64,000 bases of DNA from TPA_inf: Saccharomyces (Eukaryota). Location: positions 416,001 through 480,000 of the forward strand of contig BK006934.2 in assembly GCA_000146045.2 (NCBI GenBank). The letters run 5' to 3'. The notes under the pieces were generated by a model. The model searched no databases, was not told the DNA's origin, and saw only the letters and a program-made list of their open reading frames with translations. This document shows positions 56,744 through 64,000 of this stretch, piece by piece (the first letter of the stretch is position 1; every line of letters starts with the position of its first letter). Made by a program: the position numbers and the translations under genes.

Positions 56744-58459
56744 ATGAGAAGCTCTGGCACATATGAGAATGATCCTTCTGGGGAAATAACCTCAACTTCC
56801 CCAAAGCAGTCGAAGCAGAAAAAGCCTACCAAATTTAGGGAAAGAATGCGCAGGTGGTTACAAAATGGGAAAAATAACAACCACCAAGGAGAGGAGGATG
56901 TTCCTGAAATATTTAACAAGAATTTTTATCCGCAAACAGGCATGACAGCTTTCAACAATAATGATAATGGTGAGGTTCAGGATGTTACAAACAATTTTTT
57001 TTTGCCCAGTGAAGATGAATCTGGTCCAGTTCAAAGTAGTGTTAAAACTTTTTTAACTGGTAACAATGATGAAGATTCTAACTTCCAACAAAACCAGAAT
57101 CCTAAACAAAAGTCCGAACTTCCAAAGTCACCTTACCGGCAAAAACCTACGCAAGAAATAGCATTATTGAAAGATCTTTTCGTTACCAACAAATATGACG
57201 ATCCCTATTTGAATTCTTCCACAAGGTTTGGTAACATAACTTCAACTTTTCCCAGTAGTTTGTCATTGAGGACTGTCACCTTACAAACAATAAAAAAAAG
57301 AATTGACTGTATTTCTGCAAAAAAAAAAGAAGTGTGGAAGACAGAGGAAAAATTTCTAAAAGATATCTTAATGTGGTTACAGAGTTCAAATTTTGAAGAC
57401 CCTGATACAATATCATTAATACATGAAATTGAAAAAATATTTGAAGAGGATATCCATTTTGAACAAAACGTGTCGGATTGCTTAAAAGAAATCTCAAATA
57501 ATTTCGAATATATCTGCATGCGAGAAACCCAATTGATAAACGAAGGAAACATACTAAAAAATGACTTAAAAAAGTACGCAAAAGCAAGGGAACATAAAGG
57601 CGAAAAGCATGAAGATACTGAAGTCTTGAGGGAAAAAGTAATATCATCACAAAAATCGTTTGATGTTACAAAGAGGCACTATAAGCATGCAATTTCAATA
57701 ACGACAAGACAGCTATTTATGAATTTGGCGTTTGAGTACTACGAAAATTGTTCAGATATGAAGGATATTTCGAGAAAATACCTACAAGAATCTTTGTCCA
57801 CTTTACAAACTATCGACACATTGAGTTTTTCGGAAGAATTAGAAAAAATTAGAAAGAGAAGATTTGATAAGTTTTGGGCAAAAACTAATCCTGATCCAAC
57901 AAACAATATTCAAAAGTTTGTTAATATGAGAACAGGAGTAGCAGGTTTTAATGATTCCTTAATGAATCACTTGTACGGGAAACTAAGTTTCGGGGTAGCG
58001 CCAGTTGAAGAAGAATTACAAAACTCACAGCCGGAGCACACTGATGTGCCTGAAAATGTTTGGAATGAGGTTCTCTCTGATTATAATTCAATGGATGGTA
58101 ATCCAATTACTTCAAATAAATTCCTTTCTGCGAAAGAACTTGAGCCCGATCAATTAGTTGAACTTCTCGCTCAGGAAAAAGAAGAGAAAGAGGCAAAAAA
58201 TATCAGCTCTTCAACTGCAGAAGTTCCATCGATATCGCAACCTGAAATAAAGAAGGAGAATCTCGAATCAAATGATTCCTTGATTTTAAGAAGCACGAAA
58301 AGAAATGTAAATGTCAATGCCGCTAGTTTGAGGAATCTTTCCATTAAAAAAACTCAAGTCAAACCGGAGTCTGCAAGTGAAGAAAGCAAAGTTCTTGCTG
58401 CAGCTTTAAATGATGCAAAACAAAACTTGGATGAAAACGTCTGGAGAACTCCTATCTAA
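56744..58459 (+). CDS. SSP1: Sporulation-specific protein Ssp1, a component of the prospore-membrane leading-edge complex. 571 aa.
   Basis: A 571-aa ORF beginning MRSSGTYENDPSGEITSTSPKQSKQKKPTKF. Length and synteny match YHR184W. Confidence 0.8.
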   Translation: MRSSGTYENDPSGEITSTSPKQSKQKKPTKFRERMRRWLQNGKNNNHQGEEDVPEIFNKNFYPQTGMTAFNNNDNGEVQDVTNNFFLPSEDESGPVQSSVKTFLTGNNDEDSNFQQNQNPKQKSELPKSPYRQKPTQEIALLKDLFVTNKYDDPYLNSSTRFGNITSTFPSSLSLRTVTLQTIKKRIDCISAKKKEVWKTEEKFLKDILMWLQSSNFEDPDTISLIHEIEKIFEEDIHFEQNVSDCLKEISNNFEYICMRETQLINEGNILKNDLKKYAKAREHKGEKHEDTEVLREKVISSQKSFDVTKRHYKHAISITTRQLFMNLAFEYYENCSDMKDISRKYLQESLSTLQTIDTLSFSEELEKIRKRRFDKFWAKTNPDPTNNIQKFVNMRTGVAGFNDSLMNHLYGKLSFGVAPVEEELQNSQPEHTDVPENVWNEVLSDYNSMDGNPITSNKFLSAKELEPDQLVELLAQEKEEKEAKNISSSTAEVPSISQPEIKKENLESNDSLILRSTKRNVNVNAASLRNLSIKKTQVKPESASEESKVLAAALNDAKQNLDENVWRTPI

Positions 58460-58626
58460 AAAACAAACGAATATAGTTTGAACACTCATTCCATGTTCTA
58501 TGCTTATTGTTGTACATTTATTATTTATATATTCTTAAATATATTTCGAGAGATCTATACATAAACATCAATTTATTATAATTCTACACAAAATTACATT
58601 TAAATATTAATGGCTTTCTTCAAAAT

Positions 58627-59340
58627 TCAAAAATCTTTTTGAGAAAATTCATACTCCTTCAGATATTGGTTTCTTATCAACGCTTCAATTTTTTTCTCTT
58701 GAATATATATAATATCAGTATCGGTTAAAGCTTTAGAATAATCCGTCTCCATACATGATGTTTTCTCGAATGTAAATTCTGTCTCTTCCCAATCCAACAT
58801 ATATTCATAATCAAAGCAGTTTGTAAATAAATAACCGTCGAACCCCACAAAAATTGGTAATCTTTCAAGCCAGCTTTCAACTTTTTCGGAACAAGGCATG
58901 TTTTGTGTTGTCCGTGGACTGAAATATGTCGGAATTTCAAATCCATTATTCGAATTATGTAAAACACTCCAGTTACTAAACTTGACATCTTGGCAATTAA
59001 CTTTTTCAATGTGATTTAAATAGGATAAATAAGGGTTTGGTAATGGTAGCGTACCGTGGGGATACAAATTTGGCAAACAATTGATTGAAGAAAGCTGTGG
59101 TGACATACTGTCAGTAACTCTTATTGGTTTTTCGTATGCAGGCCACTGTTCGTGTTGTCGTCTTCTTAACGCTGGATTGAACTCAGGAAATGTTGTATTC
59201 TGTATCTTCCCGCAATCTGGTGGTATCTTATTAATTATCTCAGCAATCGGAGAGCTTCGAAAGTTGTTCATTTTATTTAGCTTCGATGTTTTAGTCTCCT
59301 TCAGTTCCGGTGCGGAAAGCTGTGTGTAACCTTGATTCAT
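58627..59340 (-). CDS. PFS1: Pfs1 (Ady1), a sporulation protein needed for prospore membrane formation at selected spindle poles. 237 aa.
   Basis: A 237-aa ORF convergent with SSP1. Length and synteny match YHR185C. Confidence 0.75.
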   Translation of the reverse strand: MNQGYTQLSAPELKETKTSKLNKMNNFRSSPIAEIINKIPPDCGKIQNTTFPEFNPALRRRQHEQWPAYEKPIRVTDSMSPQLSSINCLPNLYPHGTLPLPNPYLSYLNHIEKVNCQDVKFSNWSVLHNSNNGFEIPTYFSPRTTQNMPCSEKVESWLERLPIFVGFDGYLFTNCFDYEYMLDWEETEFTFEKTSCMETDYSKALTDTDIIYIQEKKIEALIRNQYLKEYEFSQKDF

Positions 59341-59705
59341 TTCGATAAAATTTGCGTTTTTATAAAATTCCCAAAAATACTGACTATGGTAGAAAAGATT
59401 TCAACGAGGAAGGTGGTAAAGATCAATGAAGTATCTTCAATCATTATGTAGGTTATAAGTAAATGTTTTTGTTTTCAATTATGTTCCATAGTTTGTGGTA
59501 GTTTTTCTTTGAAAACGACTGTGTCGGCCAGAATTGCTGTCGCATCACCAAAAAAAAAAAAAAATGATACAAAGACTGGGGATGAATGTTACGTAAACAG
59601 GAAAAAAAATATGTCGAAGGAGAGAGAAAAAATATTTAACAAAGTGCATGCCTCTAAACGTCGTAATTGGTCTGGCTATGACAAACAAAAAAATCGATGT
59701 TAAAA

Positions 59706-59778
59706 TGTTCCAACCGAGGATCGAACTCGGGACCTTTGCCGTGTGAAGGCAACGTGATAGCCGCTACACTATTGGAAC
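59706..59778 (-). tRNA. tV(CAC)H: tRNA-Val, anticodon CAC. 73 nt, no intron.
   Basis: The reverse complement reads GTTCCAATAGTGTAGCGGCTATCACGTTGCCTTCACACGGCAAAGGTCCCGAGTTCGATCCTCGGTTGGAACA. It has the box A TAGTGTAGCGG, the anticodon loop TT-CAC-AC and the box B GGTTCGATCC. Confidence 0.9.
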
Positions 59779-59998
59779 AGACTTTTAATATTCTGAACTT
59801 TCTGCTTTACTAAACATCGTATTATTATACGAACATGAAACAATAATTAACAACAAATTCCAGAACTTGCGACCAGCTGTTAAATTCACAATCAGACCAA
59901 TTTTTTACTCGACTTTTATTATATAATAGATTATATATATATATATATATATATCTCTTTTGCAGCTAAATGAAAGAAAAAAAAAGAAATGGCACATA

Positions 59999-62900
59999 TC
60001 AAAAATAATCAATTCTCTCGTCTTCACACTTGTAGATATTTACAATAGAATCGTGAGAATTGGTGGCCGCAATCATCATTCTATGAGGATGGAAAGCCAT
60101 CGAAGATAAAAATGCATCAGAAGTGGAAGAGTAGGACAGTGACTTTGGGATTCCCGTAGCGGCTAATGTACTTGTTACGCCATTATTATGTGAGTTTTTA
60201 AAAGAATTCAAAAGATCTCCAGATGTCGTCCATATCTTTATTTGTTTAGTCCCTGTCGCAATTATCGGAGCATGCTCATGAACCTGCATGCACGTCATTG
60301 TCGTTGGTTTTTGTTGCGAACCGTACTGAGAAGTTACGTTTTGATCAACAAACGATTCTACCGGATCTTCGGACCTTATATCCCATAACTCTACAACACC
60401 ATTGGTAGCTCCACTGACCAATTCTCTGTAACCACCTCTTTGTAAATGAACATTGTTAATCCAAACTCCCTGCTTATCATTTCCAGCTCTCCAGCGACGT
60501 ATCATGGAATCTCTTGGATCGAGACGGCGATCATATACTCTCAGGGAGCCATCTGCAAACCCTGCTACGAAGATATTACCTGCTAGCTGATCAGCCGTCA
60601 AGGATGTAATTAAAGATGATGTTTTTGCAGGAATGTCCACTTCAACCGTTTCTGTATGCGCATCCCAGACACGGATAACCTTAACATCACCAGTTGTTAA
60701 CAATGATCCTCTTATTTGTAACCATTCGGTTAGTAAACCTGTGGATCTAGGTGTCAATAACATATCGGTCAAGCCTCTCCAGGCGGATACAATTTTAAAG
60801 GTGTCGACATCTTGGTAGTCTCTGTATATTTTGATAACACCGTCTGAAGAACCTGTCAATAAAAGGGCGGAGTCATCCTCGTTAATGAGTTTCAGGTCAG
60901 TAACTTTTGTGCCAAAAGGAGTACCATTGGAGAATTTGGACAAAGTCTTTCCTTTCTCCCAATCAAAAACTGTAATGGTACTTCTATCATCTGCAGTAAT
61001 CAGCTGATCTTCAAACTGGGCAAACTTCATCAGTTTTGGTTGACTTTTGTTATTTAAACTAATCAATTTTTTGGACCAATTCCCATAAATCGATAATTTT
61101 TTCTCCCCCTGTGTTTCCTGGATAATAGTTTCATTTCTGTTACGTCTCCACAATCTAGCATTATACTCAACACTGCCAGGTTCATCCGCCTCTTGCTTTT
61201 TCATTTGTGGTTCTTGAAAATATTCACGTGAATAGTCTAAAAAGGAACTATTTAATGGCAATTGTAAGGGTTCTGTATGCTTCCGGAATCTTGGAGTCTC
61301 AGCTGTAGGATAAATATTATTATTGCCATTCAATAAATATAAGCCCGAGGGACCCTTTTTTGAGGTATGCGATTTCATCGAAGTATTTGATGATTGAGTA
61401 TCAGAGTCACTATTGGATTCGCTAAAACCAAGACTCTGGAAAAGTTTAGCTAAAGATGTCCGCATTGGATGAGATATCTTTGGGTCATGCTGTTGTTGCT
61501 CTTTTTTGAATGCATTATTATCTACCCTCTCATTTGGTGAGAATGATCGTAATGAACTTTTTACAAATTGAACCTGCGAAGAATTAAATCCAAATTTACC
61601 AGTTTGGTGAGCTTTCGAGCTTCTTTTCAACAAAAATTTTTCCATAACTGCAAATGGTCCACCAAGTTCCTTATGGGCGCTTAATTCAAGCAAAATATAA
61701 TCTATAACCTGCTTGGATAATTCCTTGTTCTCTAAAAAGGGATCTTCGGCTAGAATCAAGAGAGATTTCCAAACAGTGTAGAAAATGGAACCCTGACTAA
61801 CTGAATACTTATCGGAAGTGTTTCGAGTATTGATATCACTTTTCTCTAAAAGTTTTATTTCTTCCAACAAATCATTGAATACAACTACAATAAAAAAGTT
61901 AGAGTAACGACTCACAATATGCGAAAAATATACGACTAGTTCCTTACGGACTAATGATGAACCATCATTGATTAAAGGTAAGATTGAGATCAAGTTGCCA
62001 ATTTCCTGTCTTTTTAACTTCCTCAAATCAATAACTTCTAGTTGATTTTGCATAACTTGACAATGACGAATCTGCTTTTCAATTTTCATCTGCTGCTGCT
62101 CAAGATGCTGCTGCTGTTGCTGGGACTGTTGTTGTTGTAGATGGGATTGATTTTGGAGATGCTGTAATTGCGAATGTAATTGCTGATACTGTTCTTCAAA
62201 TTCTTGTTGCAATCTCAAAATTACCTCTGCATCTTGAAATCCAGATATGAAATGCTTCAATGCAAATATAGAAGCTGTTCTAACTTCAGGTACAGGGTCC
62301 TTCAAAGATTTTAGTAATATTTCAACAGCACCAGTATTCATACATACAAACCTGTTTAAGGGGTTATCAGCAAACAATAAACCTAATAAAATAACACACC
62401 ACTGTCTTAGTAGGGGTATCTCAGAATTATCAATATAAAAGCACAACTTGTTGACCAGTTCCAAACTAAAACAATTTTTTTGCCCCAGAGGAAAGTTTCG
62501 AACGAATGATGCCAAAACAAAGACAGCCATAGCTTTTTGTTCATCGGTGGTATCATTAGAATGATAAAATGGAAGATTATTGTGGCCCAAGTTGGATGTT
62601 CTATTTCCTTGCTGGCGTTCATAATATCTTGAAGATGGACCATTTATATTCTGCGATGCAGTCATTGTCAACGGGTTCCCACTATTTATCATGGCTGAGC
62701 CATTTGTAGCTGACATGCCATTAACACCCCAATCAGGTACTAACACTGTAACAAAATACATATAACCCTTTTCTTTGATTAATTCACTTTGCGTGTTTTT
62801 GTAATCTATTGACATGATACGGGCCCAAATAAAAACTAGGATGGGCTTCAACTCAGGTGCTGGACTTTGTAGCAGCTTCAAAACGTAGGGGAAGATACCT

Positions 62901-64000
62901 ATTGAAAGTGACAGGTAGACAGCCCACGGGCCTAAATCTAAAAATCTGGATAAAAGTACCAACGCACGTATACGATGCACTTGCGAAAGAAGAACCTGTA
63001 AAACGATAGGAAGCTGCTCAGGCGGGTGTCTGACATTTGAAGCATATTTCAACCACAATTCAAAAGCAGTCAAATTTTGTTCAAAAAATCCTGTAAATTG
63101 TTGTTGTTGTTGTTGCTGCTGCTGTAATTGTTGCTGTGAGCTTTGCAAAGATATAGATTTTCTTGATTGGAGAGCAGGGTTATTTACTAGAGACATTGTA
63201 CTTAAATTGGCCACTGCAAATCTCGATTGTGTTTGAATACTTCCGGCTTTCGTATCTTGGGCATTCGACTTAGAGCTGCCACCATTCTGTAAGGTTTCTT
63301 GTTGTTGTAGAATCATCTGACTCTCTAAGGCAGTAGCGGGAGGAGCATTTTTCAGATCAATGACTATTTTAGTCAGTACTTCATCCATGGCTAAATCCCA
63401 AGATTTCCACATTGGATGTGTGGTTATACTATCTGGTAATTCTGGATCAGATACAGGATGGCAATTGTACCACGGCATTATTCTTTTGGCTAGAAGAAAA
63501 TTTCTGAAAAGCGCAGCAATCATTAAATCATGTCTGAATAATTTTTTGAAAAGTGGTCGGGGGAGGGATGTCCATGCAATTGTGTCCGTTATAGCTGTAA
63601 AAATCCAATTTAGTTCTCCCAACGGCGTTCTCCTATCCGACAACATTCCAGGGATATTGACGTTGGGTATTTTGGACTTGAACGAGTTCTTACTATCACC
63701 AAACGGTTGATTTGAAGTACTATTTTCGAAGAAAATTTTATATTTAGAATCTTTTAAGGGTGACTGCATGAGAAAGATACGGATGCTAATCTCTATTGGA
63801 CAGGTCAAACAACAACTAAACAAATCTGCGGGTAGTTCCGGACTCATAAGTAAAAGTTCATCGGAAGTGCAAGAGGCTAATTGGAAACAATCTTGATAAG
63901 CTGAAGTTGGTGATGGCGCGGCAACATCATGATTTCCCTCTTCATCATCTTTAATCCTCTTTTGCACAAACTTCTGAAAGTTGATTAATATATTTTCAGC
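59999..64000 (-). CDS. KOG1: TORC1 subunit Kog1 (Raptor homolog), C-terminal ~1333 aa. The CDS starts beyond the right edge of the window. HEAT repeats and C-terminal WD40 repeats.
   Basis: The minus-strand frame is open from the window edge to the stop at 59999. It has a Raptor-like caspase-fold/HEAT region, Q-rich inserts and seven WD40 repeats at the C-terminus (VRVWD, LRVYD, VELWD). Synteny matches YHR186C. Confidence 0.85.
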   Translation of the reverse strand, partial: AENILINFQKFVQKRIKDDEEGNHDVAAPSPTSAYQDCFQLASCTSDELLLMSPELPADLFSCCLTCPIEISIRIFLMQSPLKDSKYKIFFENSTSNQPFGDSKNSFKSKIPNVNIPGMLSDRRTPLGELNWIFTAITDTIAWTSLPRPLFKKLFRHDLMIAALFRNFLLAKRIMPWYNCHPVSDPELPDSITTHPMWKSWDLAMDEVLTKIVIDLKNAPPATALESQMILQQQETLQNGGSSKSNAQDTKAGSIQTQSRFAVANLSTMSLVNNPALQSRKSISLQSSQQQLQQQQQQQQQFTGFFEQNLTAFELWLKYASNVRHPPEQLPIVLQVLLSQVHRIRALVLLSRFLDLGPWAVYLSLSIGIFPYVLKLLQSPAPELKPILVFIWARIMSIDYKNTQSELIKEKGYMYFVTVLVPDWGVNGMSATNGSAMINSGNPLTMTASQNINGPSSRYYERQQGNRTSNLGHNNLPFYHSNDTTDEQKAMAVFVLASFVRNFPLGQKNCFSLELVNKLCFYIDNSEIPLLRQWCVILLGLLFADNPLNRFVCMNTGAVEILLKSLKDPVPEVRTASIFALKHFISGFQDAEVILRLQQEFEEQYQQLHSQLQHLQNQSHLQQQQSQQQQQHLEQQQMKIEKQIRHCQVMQNQLEVIDLRKLKRQEIGNLISILPLINDGSSLVRKELVVYFSHIVSRYSNFFIVVVFNDLLEEIKLLEKSDINTRNTSDKYSVSQGSIFYTVWKSLLILAEDPFLENKELSKQVIDYILLELSAHKELGGPFAVMEKFLLKRSSKAHQTGKFGFNSSQVQFVKSSLRSFSPNERVDNNAFKKEQQQHDPKISHPMRTSLAKLFQSLGFSESNSDSDTQSSNTSMKSHTSKKGPSGLYLLNGNNNIYPTAETPRFRKHTEPLQLPLNSSFLDYSREYFQEPQMKKQEADEPGSVEYNARLWRRNRNETIIQETQGEKKLSIYGNWSKKLISLNNKSQPKLMKFAQFEDQLITADDRSTITVFDWEKGKTLSKFSNGTPFGTKVTDLKLINEDDSALLLTGSSDGVIKIYRDYQDVDTFKIVSAWRGLTDMLLTPRSTGLLTEWLQIRGSLLTTGDVKVIRVWDAHTETVEVDIPAKTSSLITSLTADQLAGNIFVAGFADGSLRVYDRRLDPRDSMIRRWRAGNDKQGVWINNVHLQRGGYRELVSGATNGVVELWDIRSEDPVESFVDQNVTSQYGSQQKPTTMTCMQVHEHAPIIATGTKQIKIWTTSGDLLNSFKNSHNNGVTSTLAATGIPKSLSYSSTSDAFLSSMAFHPHRMMIAATNSHDSIVNIYKCEDERIDYF

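Noticed and set aside
59509-59703. A 64-aa Lys-rich ORF between PFS1 and tRNA-Val
   Set aside because: It is encoded largely by an A-rich promoter region (a poly(A) tract at 59558-59573). The composition-driven frame lies in the PFS1 upstream and tRNA flanking DNA.

Overview
This window is nuclear DNA from Saccharomyces cerevisiae chromosome VIII, right arm. Gene order, protein lengths and protein sequences match the block YHR158C (KEL1, 5' part) through YHR186C (KOG1, 3' part). Coding density is high (about 70%). There are 31 recognisable protein-coding genes and no introns. There are two tRNA genes: tRNA-Thr(UGU) on the + strand and tRNA-Val(CAC) on the - strand. A cluster of Ty retrotransposon LTR remnants lies next to the tRNA-Thr gene: two delta-like solo LTRs in opposite orientation, plus a Ty3 sigma fragment. 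There are several low-complexity coding tracts (polyQ, polyP) and microsatellites. There is no CRISPR array, no prokaryote-style operon and no rDNA, and I see no previously undescribed system in this region. The observations that stand out are these. (1) Promoters of two pentose-phosphate-pathway genes in the window, SOL3 and GND1, carry CGGTGTTA motifs that match the consensus I recall for the Zn2Cys6 regulator Stb5, and STB5 itself is encoded in the window. (2) The Ty-LTR and tRNA hotspot is nested and fragmented, and it isolates the uncharacterised ORF YHR180W between an inverted LTR pair. (3) The WOPR-family gene YHR177W has unusually long ORF-free flanks. (4) Several genes have in-frame ATG codons upstream of the conventionally annotated start. 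All identifications come from reading the sequence and ORF translations and from remembered knowledge of yeast genes. No database search was run.
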